Positions 37,122-46,945 are shown, numbered from the stretch's first letter. The stretch is DNA of 64,000 bases from Candidatus Latescibacterota bacterium (GCA_965203805.1 OZ241917.1:5792001-5856000), one strand, 5' to 3'. The notes: generated by a model from the letters alone, not told the origin. A program made the numbers and translations.

Positions 37122-37988
37122 GTGAACAAAGGACCCGATCCATCCGGCGAAAGGAAGCGTATCGTTATCGCTGTCGGTTTTCTGGCGGCATTGCTGGTCA
37201 TTCTCTTGTTGACGGTCTGGAAACCCGATACGGTTCCGGAAGTCGACCCGCAGGTTGTGCAACTGGAGAGCGATATCGCTCTATATTCCGGCCAGATCGA
37301 TTCGCTGAACGCACTCGTGGATGAAATGGACTCGCGTATCGATGCGATGCGCGCCCACGTGGACAGCGCAAAGGTGTCCAACAGGAAACTCCTTACGTCG
37401 CTTCACAGGGTCACAAGCGAAATGAAGGAGTACCAGGCGCTCTACCGCAGACAGAAGGCGATGAACGAAAAGCTGGTAGCCGAGCTCAAACAGATGAGAG
37501 GGGAAAAAGACGCGGCAACGGCAGCGGTCCGGGAGTTGAAGATAGAGGTCGACACGCTGAACAAATTGCTGCACGACAAGACGACCCGCCTCATCAGATT
37601 GGAGTCCAGCCTCAAGGAGGCCGTCGAGCAGGCGCAGTCCATGCAGGAGACCGCCACGTCCGTGCTGGTATATGTCGGTACGGAAGACTCGCTGAAGAAG
37701 GCAGGGTATCTGAAGACGTCGCGGGGTTTTACCATCAGGAAGAATTACAGACTTGTCGGCTTTCCCGACGTGACCGACGAACAGAGCCTGGATACCGTCA
37801 AGAGGGTGTCCATCGGCGCGACAGTCGCGGTTCCGGGCGAACTGGCGGCGCTTTGCGACCGGCACGGCAAGCTGAGCAAACGAAAGGAATACCGGGCCAG
37901 CAAAGGGCCCGAAGGGCAGACGATGGTCACGTTCTGGGACTCAACGTTGATGGGTCAGCGCGTGCTGGCAGTGATCAGGAGAAAATAA
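37122..37988 (+). CDS. Single-TM coiled-coil protein with C-terminal globular domain
   Basis: TM IVIAVGFLAALLVILLL, coiled coil, VYVGT...LKK.G motif; SD GGAGG before GTG 37122. Confidence 0.7.
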   Translation: MNKGPDPSGERKRIVIAVGFLAALLVILLLTVWKPDTVPEVDPQVVQLESDIALYSGQIDSLNALVDEMDSRIDAMRAHVDSAKVSNRKLLTSLHRVTSEMKEYQALYRRQKAMNEKLVAELKQMRGEKDAATAAVRELKIEVDTLNKLLHDKTTRLIRLESSLKEAVEQAQSMQETATSVLVYVGTEDSLKKAGYLKTSRGFTIRKNYRLVGFPDVTDEQSLDTVKRVSIGATVAVPGELAALCDRHGKLSKRKEYRASKGPEGQTMVTFWDSTLMGQRVLAVIRRK

Positions 37989-38011
37989 GCCGTGGACTCC
38001 CGGAGCGCGAG

Positions 38012-38044
38012 AACCGGCCGTCATGTCCCACGGCCGGTTTTTTT
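38012..38044 (+). terminator. Rho-independent terminator between convergent genes
   Basis: AACCGGCCGT-loop-ACGGCCGGTT followed by a T-tract. Confidence 0.8.
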
Positions 38045-38109
38045 CGTGGCGGGCCAGGCCTGAAAAGGCGAGTCCCCGGTGCATTGACAATGGAGCGGGC
38101 GGCGGTGCG

Positions 38110-38502
38110 CTACCACATGTGGACGAACACCGCGGGCCTGACTTTTTCGCCCGTTGGGGCCGTGGAGAGCAGCGAGTCGGCGTAGGCCGCGTGTCTGACC
38201 ATGTAGTCCCGGCTGCCGCCGCGCAGGAAGAGGTGGAGATTGCGGTCGGGCTGGGCGATAAGCCCGGCGGTGAGGCGCTCGAACTCACCGGGTCGAAGCA
38301 GCCGTTCGACGGATTTTCCGTCACTGGAAAGACCGGCGCCCTTTGTCGTGTAAATGAGCACCAGGTCCTCGGACCTGGGTTCGTGGTGGTGGACCCGCCA
38401 GACAGGCTGCGCGACATTGAGGATCATAATGCCAAGGGTGAGCATAAGCATCATGATTCCGAGGAACAGCTCCTTGCTGACGTCGTGTTCTTCCGCCTGC
38501 AT
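38110..38502 (-). CDS. Small single-TM protein, ExbD/TolR/MotB-position partner
   Basis: MQAEEHDVSKELFLGIMMLMLTLG TM then a ~100 aa soluble domain; immediately after the MotA/ExbB gene. Confidence 0.55.
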   Translation of the reverse strand: MQAEEHDVSKELFLGIMMLMLTLGIMILNVAQPVWRVHHHEPRSEDLVLIYTTKGAGLSSDGKSVERLLRPGEFERLTAGLIAQPDRNLHLFLRGGSRDYMVRHAAYADSLLSTAPTGEKVRPAVFVHMW

Positions 38503-38528
38503 CGCGGCGTGTTGTAAGAATCGGCCTC

Positions 38529-39326
38529 TCACCGAATTTCGCTCCCCGGGTCGTCTCTCAGCGCCAGCCAGGCCCGTTCGAGGGCGCCGATGCGCCCCAG
38601 CAGAATGTCGATGCATTTTCTCAACGGCAGATAGGCCATCAGGGCAATCAGGGTGGTCGTGAAGGCCAGGGTCAGCCCGTCGGCCATATCGCGGAGCACT
38701 TTGAACGTCTCGGTGGCTTCGTCCAGGCGACTGAGTTCCTGCGCCATGAGCAGGATTCCGCACACCGTTCCCAGATATCCATAAAAGGGGATTCGGCTCA
38801 GTGCTCGGTGTCCGAGGAGCAGCCGCTCGCCGATCACGCCGATCAGGTCGGTTACCAGCTCGTCGTCCCGCGCCTTCAGATCCGTGTATGCGTGCGTTTC
38901 TTGCCTGAGGTCTTTCAGGCCGGCCCGTCGTCGCGAAAGCAGCGTGGGTGGCTGCGGGGCGGACGGCGCGCCGCGCAGGGCCTCCTCTTCAACGCGAATC
39001 CGCATCCATATATGGACAATGACGGAAAGGTGCGCCGTCGAGGCGGCAATAATAAGTGCGTATGCCGAGCGGCCGACCCATTCGATCCAACTCTCCGGCA
39101 ATGCGACGTACATGTAGTAGTAGATGCCCAGTGCGGCGATGCCGAACCCCGCAAGGCCCCCCAGCACACCGCTCGTCAGTCTCGCGCGGTTCGCCGGAAG
39201 TCCATAGCGTAATTCTTCGCGGCAGATTGAGACCATCTCCTGGATCAGCGTGAGCGCGCCGGCCATGGCGCATACGGAGACGAAGACGACCGTGATCAGG
39301 ATCTCAAACCATGCCAGGCTTGCCAC
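38529..39326 (-). CDS. MotA/TolQ/ExbB proton-channel family protein
   Basis: IPFYGYLGTVCGI and DGL.LAF.TTL.AL helices; three extra N-terminal TMs. Confidence 0.75.
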   Translation of the reverse strand: MASLAWFEILITVVFVSVCAMAGALTLIQEMVSICREELRYGLPANRARLTSGVLGGLAGFGIAALGIYYYMYVALPESWIEWVGRSAYALIIAASTAHLSVIVHIWMRIRVEEEALRGAPSAPQPPTLLSRRRAGLKDLRQETHAYTDLKARDDELVTDLIGVIGERLLLGHRALSRIPFYGYLGTVCGILLMAQELSRLDEATETFKVLRDMADGLTLAFTTTLIALMAYLPLRKCIDILLGRIGALERAWLALRDDPGSEIR

Positions 39327-39350
39327 GACAGATACTCTCCCTGGAGACAG

Positions 39351-40583
39351 TTAAATCCGGTATCCTTCCGCGCCTTTCGAAACGACGTACCAGATATATG
39401 CGGCCATGATGATGGTCGGAAACAACAGCCCTGCCCGCGACCCGCGCCCGCCGCCGCTGCCGCCGGACGCTGCTGTGGCGGTACTTCCATCCCTGCCCGA
39501 CCTTCCGGTAACCGATTGATCACCCGGAGACCGTTCCTCCGGCGGGCGATAGGCGTCCTTGCGATCGCCCGCTTCCGTTGCTCGCGCTGCCGAACCAGCC
39601 GCCTCAATCGCCGCGTCTTCACCCTTCAGGGTGCGTTTTCGGGGGTACAGGAGGCGCTTTTCCGACTGGGCCAGCTTCTCCGCCCACGATTCGACTTCCT
39701 TCGCGAAAGTCAGCGACGTCTCTTCCTTGAGCGGTCCGGCCTTGCCCAGCGTAAAACTGACTTCCGGGTTCCGTTGTCCGGTGTAAACAGACTGAAGTCC
39801 CGGGTCTGCGGACGCCAGAAGCTGGCGCTTGAGTCCGGCGCGCGTTTCCTGCAGGGATATCAGATTCTGCAGAAACCCGTGGTAGTCCATCCGCTTTCGT
39901 CGGGTCTTCGGCGCGTGCGCGCGAGCCGATTCCGTCAGGGCCCGCTGTATTTCCCCACGGCTGAATCGTTTCGCGAATTCCGCCTTGCCGAAGAATCTGG
40001 TATGCCAGATAACCCTCGCCGAGGGGATGTCGGGAACGGGGTGCGCATAGGTGATTTCGAGGGCCGGACCGCTTCCGGTCTGCCAGCTTTCATCGGATAC
40101 CAGAATCGGGCGCAGCGCACCCCCTGGGTCTTTCACGTAAAGACCGAAGAGGAACCCGCTCTCCACCTGGTCGGTGTCCCAGCATCGCGCACGGATGCGA
40201 TTCCTGCCTTGCAGATAGAAGTGGGGGATTTCGACCTCTACCGGTGTGAGACGGGTCTCGCCAACCAGGAAGTCGTTGATCCAGACGCGGGCTTCGTCAT
40301 CGGCCCAGAAAATGCAGACGACGGATGTCCCTTCAGGTAGACGAATAACGTCGGCGGCGCCGGGCAGTCGATTGATGTCGATGGCTTCGGGGTCTGCCGC
40401 ACTCATCACGCGAACGAGGCTGTCGATTCGCGCCGAGACCGCATTGAACTCCTGGCGAATGGCAGTCGGGGTGCGGTCGGTTGGGGCGGTCGGGTCGGTC
40501 GCACCGCCGGATACGTCGGGCGGCGCCAGCGACAGACCGGCCAGCACGAGCGCGGGCAGCCATCCGTCTCGCAACCGGGTCAT
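39351..40583 (-). CDS. Exported protein with sugar-binding-like beta-sandwich and Gly-rich C-terminal membrane anchor
   Basis: Signal peptide; ADDEARVWIN..G.N.I....D...GFL...ILVSDESW; GGSGGGRG then a hydrophobic tail. Confidence 0.6.
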   Translation of the reverse strand: MTRLRDGWLPALVLAGLSLAPPDVSGGATDPTAPTDRTPTAIRQEFNAVSARIDSLVRVMSAADPEAIDINRLPGAADVIRLPEGTSVVCIFWADDEARVWINDFLVGETRLTPVEVEIPHFYLQGRNRIRARCWDTDQVESGFLFGLYVKDPGGALRPILVSDESWQTGSGPALEITYAHPVPDIPSARVIWHTRFFGKAEFAKRFSRGEIQRALTESARAHAPKTRRKRMDYHGFLQNLISLQETRAGLKRQLLASADPGLQSVYTGQRNPEVSFTLGKAGPLKEETSLTFAKEVESWAEKLAQSEKRLLYPRKRTLKGEDAAIEAAGSAARATEAGDRKDAYRPPEERSPGDQSVTGRSGRDGSTATAASGGSGGGRGSRAGLLFPTIIMAAYIWYVVSKGAEGYRI

Positions 40584-40605
40584 CAGGGATATCTCCCGGG
40601 AGTCT

Positions 40606-41730
40606 CTAATAATCCGCGAAGGAACCGTCTTCTTCCGAGCGCCACATACCGCGGAAGCGGAAGCGTTCGTCCCGCATGGCCTCCAGGGCGTCTTCGTCAA
40701 TTTCGAATCCGAGGCCTGGACCTGTGGGAAGTTCGACAAAGCCGTCCCTGAAATCGAGCGGCGGCATCAGAAGCCCGTCGCCACGAGCGGTGCCGCCCTC
40801 GCAGATCAGGAAATTCGGGACCGTAGCCATGGTATGGATGGACGCAACCACGCCGATGGGACCTGCGGCATTGTGCGGCGCCAGGGCAATGTCCCGGATT
40901 TCGGCCAGGGTGGCGATTTTCTTCATCTCAGAGATGCCTCCCACGTGCCGGATATCCGGTTGCAGAACGGCGCAGGCCTGCTTTTCCACAATATCCCAGA
41001 AACTCCAGCGCGTAAGGTGTCGTTCGCCGGTTGCGATGGGTGTGGCGGTCGAACGGGAGAGGGTCAGCAGGGCGTCGTTGTTTTCGGGGTGACAGGGCTC
41101 TTCCGCAAACAGAAGATGGTAGGGTTCGAGCGCTTTGACGGTGATTACGGCCATCTGCGGGCTGAGGCGGCGGTGCAGATCGACCGCGATGTCCACGTCG
41201 TCGCCCACGGCCTCGCGGACGGCAGCGACGCGGGCGACCATTTCGTCTACCGCTCTCGCCGTATCCACAAAGCGAACGGGCCGTACGGCGCCGCCCATCT
41301 TGATGGCTGTGAACCCGTCCGCGACCCGCGCGCGGGCCTGCACCGCGCAGGCTTCCGGCGTGTCGCCGCCTGCGTGGGCGTAGACGCGCACCCGGTCCCG
41401 GACCGACCCGCCCAGGAGCCGCCAGACGGGTGCGTCCAGGACTTTGCCCATGATGTCCCACATGGCCATGTCCGCGCCGCTGAGCGCGCCAAGGATGATG
41501 GGCATGCTTCGGCTGTACGTGGAGCGGAAAAAGGTCTGCCAGTGGTCTTCGATCTGGAGGGGGTCTTTGCCGACGAGGTATTCGGACAGGTCGTCCATCG
41601 CGCGCGCGACGATTCGCCAGTGTGTATAGTCCAGCGGTTCGCCGTAGCCGACGACGCCGTCGTCGGTGTGCATTTTCAGCAAGAGGAACCGCTGGGCGAC
41701 GGGGATGGTTTCAAGGCGCGTGATCTTCAT
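40606..41730 (-). CDS. dgoD: Galactonate dehydratase-like enolase superfamily protein
   Basis: MKIT.LET, G.GEP, IEDHWQ, GFTAIK, DLH.R, FAEEP, ATGER, APHN..GP. Confidence 0.75.
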   Translation of the reverse strand: MKITRLETIPVAQRFLLLKMHTDDGVVGYGEPLDYTHWRIVARAMDDLSEYLVGKDPLQIEDHWQTFFRSTYSRSMPIILGALSGADMAMWDIMGKVLDAPVWRLLGGSVRDRVRVYAHAGGDTPEACAVQARARVADGFTAIKMGGAVRPVRFVDTARAVDEMVARVAAVREAVGDDVDIAVDLHRRLSPQMAVITVKALEPYHLLFAEEPCHPENNDALLTLSRSTATPIATGERHLTRWSFWDIVEKQACAVLQPDIRHVGGISEMKKIATLAEIRDIALAPHNAAGPIGVVASIHTMATVPNFLICEGGTARGDGLLMPPLDFRDGFVELPTGPGLGFEIDEDALEAMRDERFRFRGMWRSEEDGSFADY

Positions 41731-41761
41731 CGCGACTGACCTCAATTCTTGACCGGACGGT

Positions 41762-42631
41762 TCAACGACCGGTTGTTCCACCCTGGCGGGCCGTCCGGTT
41801 CGCTGCGGCGATAACGGGTGCGATTTTGTCCGCGAACCGGATCTGGCTGTTGTCTTCGGGTTCGTAGCCGATGACTTTCCGGGCGTTGGCGATGCTCCAG
41901 AAGTTGTGGCTGTTTCCACTGATGCCGTAGAAGATCTGGAACGGGATGCCGTTCTCGTCTTCGATGTTCTCCGTCTCGATGCTCTTGATCAGGAGCTGGG
42001 TCTGGTCCCGCGCGCTCAGGTAGGCCCCGAGGCTGCGGTGCATGCCCTTCGGGTTTTCCGGACTGAGTCTGTCCGCCACGTTCTCGCGGGGCCCGCCGAT
42101 GCGAAGCTGTACATTCTGAAGTTTCCGTCCGTTTCCGATCTTTCCCGCGGCAAAGGCGAAGCCCAGCAGTTCGTACGCGGCCTTGGCCCACCCGTAGAAG
42201 TTGTCGGAAAGCGGGAGCATTGCCGGCGTGACGAAATCCATGCGTCCGGACCAGATGAGCGTCTCGTAGAAGTCGGTCGCGTGGTTGGAACTGATGACCA
42301 CGACCCGTCGCACGTTCTCTTCCAGGCAGGTCTGATACACGTTATGCGCCATGGCGATGTTGTCGGCTTCCGCCCAGTATTGATCCATCGGGTCCGTGGC
42401 ACGCGTGAATCCGCAATGAATCACGGCGTCGGCGTTAGCGAAATGCTTCCGGTACTCGTCCCTGTCTCGCTTGAGGAGGTCGGCGATGACGATACCTTCG
42501 ACTTCTTCGCCGTTTCTGTCCGTTTTTCGAACGTCGAGGAGGCCGAGGTGATAGCGCTCCCTGAGGGCGGGCAGGCTTCGACCCGCGATATATCCGGCGG
42601 CGCCGGTGACGACAACGCTTCGTTTTGCCAT
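41762..42631 (-). CDS. NAD-dependent epimerase/dehydrogenase
   Basis: VTGAAGYIA, SSNH, YGWAK, LRIG, YLS.RD; start MAKRS (the 753-aa ORF extension is spurious). Confidence 0.8.
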   Translation of the reverse strand: MAKRSVVVTGAAGYIAGRSLPALRERYHLGLLDVRKTDRNGEEVEGIVIADLLKRDRDEYRKHFANADAVIHCGFTRATDPMDQYWAEADNIAMAHNVYQTCLEENVRRVVVISSNHATDFYETLIWSGRMDFVTPAMLPLSDNFYGWAKAAYELLGFAFAAGKIGNGRKLQNVQLRIGGPRENVADRLSPENPKGMHRSLGAYLSARDQTQLLIKSIETENIEDENGIPFQIFYGISGNSHNFWSIANARKVIGYEPEDNSQIRFADKIAPVIAAANRTARQGGTTGR

Positions 42632-42642
42632 CTGAACGCTTT

Positions 42643-43404
42643 CTACGGGAGTGGAAAAGGCATGGGTATTTCGGGGTGGTACGTGAATCGGTTTCTGCCC
42701 CTGAGCAGGACGGGCCGCCAGTCCCCGCCGATCGAGTTGGCTTCGACCTGCCTGGCTTCCGGCGGAATAAACCGGACGGTAAGGCCGCAGCGCCGGCGGT
42801 TCGAGGTATTCGGCATGCTGGCGTGGAAAAGCTGGCCGTGATGGACCGAAATCTGGCCTGCCGTGAGTTCCAGATCGATCGCGTGGCTGGTGTCCACGAG
42901 CTCGTCCGGGATCTCCTGGTTGATGCTCAGGAGGTTTCCCGACCGTTTCGAAGTCCCGTGGGTGACGATCCCGTCCCTGTGGGAGCCCGGGATGACGCGC
43001 ATGCAGCCATTCTCCGCGTCGCTGTCGTCGATGGCGATCCAGGCCGTGTGCGCCAGCGGTGGCTTCAGGCCCCAGTAGGTGACATCCTGGTGCCACGCGA
43101 CAAAGTGTTTTTGGTCCTTGGCGGGGTATTTGCAGAAAAAGTGCGTGGCCAGCAGAAGGACGTCCTTTCCCATGGCCTGCACCATGACGTCCAGGAGACG
43201 CGGGTCGGTAGACAGCCTCCAGATGAATTCCTCGTCGAAGTGACGGGACTGGAGGCCGACCTGGCAGACGTCTCTGCCCTCTCGGGCCTCGAGATCGTCG
43301 AACTGAGCCCTGAACGCGTCGATCTCGTTCCTGGAGAAAACGTCGATTCGGGGCAGCACACCATCGGTTTCGTAGGTCTCTTGTATGTTCTCGACGACAG
43401 CCAC
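42643..43404 (-). CDS. Phytanoyl-CoA dioxygenase (PhyH) family protein
   Basis: FFCK, VAWHQD.TYWG, AWIA.DD...ENGCM.VIPGSH, H.S.PN.S..RR.G. Confidence 0.88.
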   Translation of the reverse strand: MAVVENIQETYETDGVLPRIDVFSRNEIDAFRAQFDDLEAREGRDVCQVGLQSRHFDEEFIWRLSTDPRLLDVMVQAMGKDVLLLATHFFCKYPAKDQKHFVAWHQDVTYWGLKPPLAHTAWIAIDDSDAENGCMRVIPGSHRDGIVTHGTSKRSGNLLSINQEIPDELVDTSHAIDLELTAGQISVHHGQLFHASMPNTSNRRRCGLTVRFIPPEARQVEANSIGGDWRPVLLRGRNRFTYHPEIPMPFPLP

Positions 43405-43531
43405 GGCGGAATCCCCTTTGAAGTTCAGCGCAGGTGGCGGATAATCTACGGTGATCGGTGCGGCTGTGCAACCCGTTTCTGGTGTTCTGTCCCGGACACA
43501 GATTGCCTGGTTTCGGCCGTGGAGTCGCCCG

Positions 43532-43563
43532 GCCGGCACCCTTCGACAGGCTAAGGACCCGGC
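43532..43563. repeat. Single REP-like element (CCCTTCGACAGGCTAAGG core)
   Basis: GCCGG...CCGGC-closed hairpin resembling the widespread CTTCGACAGGCTCAGG interspersed repeat; only one copy in the window. Confidence 0.35.
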
Positions 43564-43655
43564 GCCCGAGCGAGGCGACCTGGGCAAGGTCGGCGAGGGA
43601 GGGTAACATAGCGGGACGGGACACTGATGGCGGCGACCGATCCCGAGGGAGGGGA

Positions 43656-43684
43656 TTGACAGGCCGCACGCGGGTGGGTATCAT
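43656..43684 (+). promoter_or_regulatory. Sigma70-type promoter
   Basis: TTGACA-17 nt-TATCAT. Confidence 0.65.
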
Positions 43685-43769
43685 GCGAAACCGGGCACGA
43701 TACGCCCGTTCGATTGCGCCGGGTTCCGACGCCGCGGCGCAGACGGTTCTGGATGATCGGAGGTTTGAA

Positions 43770-44882
43770 ATGAAGATTACCCGAGTCACCGCGATGGTTT
43801 TGCGGCTGCCCGTCGTCACCGATTCCTGTGACGGTACCCAGGATACGTGTCTTATCAGGGTCGAAACCGACGCCGGAATCACAGGCTGGGGAGAAGTGGA
43901 TTCCTGCCCGACGGCCGTGAAGGCAGTTGTGGATGCGCCCCTGTCGCACCGGATCTGCAACGGACTGGCAAACGCCCTTTGCAATGAGGACCCGCGGGCG
44001 GTGGACGCGTGTATGCATCGCATGGTGGAAGCGGCGAACTATTACGGCGGTGGGGGCGTGGCGGAACACGCGATGGCGGGCGTCAATCTCGCACTATGGG
44101 ATATCGCGGGCAAGGCCTGTGACGCGCCCGTCTACCGGCTGCTCGGCGGGCCTTTCAACACACGTTTCCGGGCGTATTGTTCGATCCTGTTCGGCGATAC
44201 GCCTGCGCGGACCGGAGAGCTGGGGCGAAGGTTCGCGGGTGAGGGCTTCACGGCCGTCAAATTCGGCTGGGGACCGATGGGGCGAAACGAGCAGACCGAT
44301 GTCGCCCTGGTTGAGGAGGCGCGGCGCGGCGTGGGAGACGGTGTGGACGTGCTGATCGACGCGGGGCAGGTCTGGGACTGGAAGACAGCCCTGAAGCGGG
44401 CGCGCCAGTTCGCGGAGTTCCGACCGTTCTGGCTCGAGGAGCCGCTCCGGCCGGGCGACCTGCGCGGTTACGCCAAACTGACCGCGGAGAGTCCGCTGCC
44501 CATCGCGGCGGGTGAAGCGGAAGCGCGGCTCGACGCCTTCGAACGGCTGGTATCCCACGGTGGACTCGATTGGGTGCAGCCCGATCCGGGAAGGTGCGGC
44601 ATTTCAACGATGGTGGAGGTGGGCAGGATGGCGCACCGCCGGCACGCCAGGGTGGTGAACCACAGTTTCAAGAGCGGAATAACGATCGCCGCGTCGCTTC
44701 ATGCGCTCGCAGCCGTACCTGGTGGTGAGATGTTCGAGTATTGTATGTCGGAATCACCGCTGCGTCATGATCTGACGCACGAACGGTTCGACGTCGTCGA
44801 CGGGTACGTGACGGCGCCGGAGGGCCCCGGCCTGGGCGTGACGATCAACGCCGAGACCGTGGAGAAGTACCGGGTGGCGTGA
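43770..44882 (+). CDS. Mandelate racemase/muconate lactonizing enzyme family protein
   Basis: ETDAGITGWGE, ALWDIAGK, AVKFGWG, LIDAG, WLEEP, AAGE; SD GGAGG. Confidence 0.9.
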   Translation: MKITRVTAMVLRLPVVTDSCDGTQDTCLIRVETDAGITGWGEVDSCPTAVKAVVDAPLSHRICNGLANALCNEDPRAVDACMHRMVEAANYYGGGGVAEHAMAGVNLALWDIAGKACDAPVYRLLGGPFNTRFRAYCSILFGDTPARTGELGRRFAGEGFTAVKFGWGPMGRNEQTDVALVEEARRGVGDGVDVLIDAGQVWDWKTALKRARQFAEFRPFWLEEPLRPGDLRGYAKLTAESPLPIAAGEAEARLDAFERLVSHGGLDWVQPDPGRCGISTMVEVGRMAHRRHARVVNHSFKSGITIAASLHALAAVPGGEMFEYCMSESPLRHDLTHERFDVVDGYVTAPEGPGLGVTINAETVEKYRVA

Positions 44883-44893
44883 GAGGCATCCGT

Positions 44894-45790
44894 TCACCCG
44901 CCCGCCGGGCCCGGGCTTTCGTCCTGGAGTTCCCTCACGAATGCCGGGCTCAGGGCGCCCTGCGCGACCTCGGCGACGGGTCCCTTCATGGTAAGGCGGA
45001 AGCCGGGATCGATCGCGATATCGAGGGCGCCGCCCTGAGCGTTGACGGTTACCGGCGATTTCACCAGTCCCTGACGGACGGCCGCGCATGCCGCCGCGCA
45101 GGCCGACGATCCGGATGCCAGCGTTTCTCCCGCGCCGCGCTCCCAGATGAGAATGAAGATCTCATTCGGGCCCGTGGGTACAGCCAGTTGCACGTTGATG
45201 CGGTTGGGGAAGAGATCGTGATTCTCGAGGGCGGGACCCAGTTCGAGCAGGTCGTCGCGGGTCCAGGCCTCGCCCGCGGGTCTGAAGATGACGCAGTGGG
45301 GGTTGCCCACGCTGACGCCGGTAAATCTCAGATTGCGCCCCGCCGCCGCGATGGGACGTTCGATCAGCTCGCCCTCGTCCAGGGCGCAGGGCAGCGCCTG
45401 GGGATTGAAATCGGCCCGGCCCATCTCCACGGTCGCGAGGCTCGCATCGCCGTGACGATCCGGGTGGATCTGGATCGCCACGAGACCGCCCAGGGTATCA
45501 ACCGTGAAGCTGACTTGCCGTGTTCTTTGCGTGGTATGCAGGAAGCGCGCGAAGATGCGCAGGCCGTTGCCCGATTTTTCGGCTTCGCTGCCATCGGGGT
45601 TGAAAATGCGCAGGCCGAAGTCCGCGCCGTTTCCGGGTTCCACGGTAAGGATACCGTCGCCGCCGATGCCCAGGTTGCGGTTGCAGATCAGGCGGATATT
45701 CTTCGGGGTGAGCCTGAAGTCCAGATCGGACGGATCCATGACGATGTAGTCGTTGCCGAGACCATGGCCCTTATAGAAACCGTTCTTCAC
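44894..45790 (-). CDS. dapF: Diaminopimelate epimerase
   Basis: KGHGLGNDY, GIGGDG, NPDGSEAEKSGNG, GNPHCV, WERGAGETLASGSS (Ser at both catalytic Cys positions). Confidence 0.85.
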   Translation of the reverse strand: MKNGFYKGHGLGNDYIVMDPSDLDFRLTPKNIRLICNRNLGIGGDGILTVEPGNGADFGLRIFNPDGSEAEKSGNGLRIFARFLHTTQRTRQVSFTVDTLGGLVAIQIHPDRHGDASLATVEMGRADFNPQALPCALDEGELIERPIAAAGRNLRFTGVSVGNPHCVIFRPAGEAWTRDDLLELGPALENHDLFPNRINVQLAVPTGPNEIFILIWERGAGETLASGSSACAAACAAVRQGLVKSPVTVNAQGGALDIAIDPGFRLTMKGPVAEVAQGALSPAFVRELQDESPGPAGG

Positions 45791-45865
45791 GAAACCTCCG
45801 GTTAACGTGACGCGGGGCTGCGGGTGCAGGCAACCGCCAATTCCCCGAACCGGCGCCGGTCATTG

Positions 45866-46834
45866 TCATTTCCAGACAAGTACGACGCCCATCGTCTCGC
45901 CCAGACGGGTATACAGCAAGTCGAACGCCTCCGCCGCCTCCTGGAAGGGGAAGCGGTGGGTGATCATGGCTTCGGCGTCGATCTTTTTCTCGCCAAGAAG
46001 CTGGAGGGCGCGGTCGGAACCCAGCGATCGCTTGCCTCCGTCCGAGTAGCCGCCCACGATTCGGCGTCCCTGAATCTTTCCCGAGTCGAGCGGCAGCGGC
46101 TCGTCCTCGTACAAGCCGATCACCTGGATCAGGCCCCTTCGTTTCACCATATCCTGTGCCTGCGCAAAGGCGCCCGCGCCCGCGCGCCCGCCGACCGCTT
46201 CCACGACGATTTCAACGCCCTCCCCGTCCGTCAGCCCTTTCACCGCCTTGACGGGGTCTTCGCTCGACGCGTCCACCACGTGGTCCGCCCCGAGACGTCC
46301 CGCCAGATCGCACCGGAGGGGCAGCGCGTCGACCGCGATGACGCGGGGGTTCGCCTCCGCGTTGAGCGCCTGCATGCAGATGGAGCCCACGAGCCCCTGT
46401 CCCAGAATGGCCACCGTATCTTCCTCGCGGGCATCGATCTCCCACATCCAGAGAACGGAACTGGTGCTCAGCGGCCAGAATGTCGCGGCTTCGGAGGAAA
46501 CTGCGTCCGGGAGATGCACGACCGGGTCCTGGTGGCGTGAGCTTACGATTTCGACGGCCACGTATTCCGCGTGCGGCGCAATGGCTGCCACGCGGTCTCC
46601 GACAGAAAAGCCGTCCACGCGCGCGCCGACCTCCACGACGTCTCCCACGAACGAGTATCCCATGCTCTGATGGGCGATGGCTTCAGGACGGATGTAGCGC
46701 CGCCAGATCTCGGAACCGCGGCTGATCAGACTGCACTCAGCGCGGATCAACACCTCGGTGGGCGTGATTTCAGGTATCGGAACGTCTTCGATGACGATAT
46801 TGTATTCGCCTTCCGGCTTTGCAACTCGTTTCAT
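45866..46834 (-). CDS. MDR-family dehydrogenase (Zn ligands degenerate)
   Basis: SLISRGSE, GYS.VG.V, GQGLVG, ITHRF. Confidence 0.8.
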   Translation of the reverse strand: MKRVAKPEGEYNIVIEDVPIPEITPTEVLIRAECSLISRGSEIWRRYIRPEAIAHQSMGYSFVGDVVEVGARVDGFSVGDRVAAIAPHAEYVAVEIVSSRHQDPVVHLPDAVSSEAATFWPLSTSSVLWMWEIDAREEDTVAILGQGLVGSICMQALNAEANPRVIAVDALPLRCDLAGRLGADHVVDASSEDPVKAVKGLTDGEGVEIVVEAVGGRAGAGAFAQAQDMVKRRGLIQVIGLYEDEPLPLDSGKIQGRRIVGGYSDGGKRSLGSDRALQLLGEKKIDAEAMITHRFPFQEAAEAFDLLYTRLGETMGVVLVWK

Positions 46835-46945
46835 AGCGGGGTTCCCTGAATTGGAAAATTGAAGACTTCAGGCGCGGACGTCGTGTATAACCGGGATGGG
46901 ACCCGCTCAATCCGGCCGCGCCGCCCGATTAACTGGAAATAGCGC

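Noticed and set aside
38110-39326. Zorya anti-phage system
   Set aside because: No long ZorA tail, no OmpA-like ZorB domain, and no ZorC/D/E genes nearby.
41762-44023. 753-aa ORF as a large fusion protein
   Set aside because: Only the last ~290 aa look like an epimerase; the rest overlaps the PhyH gene in another frame and the enolase gene on the other strand.
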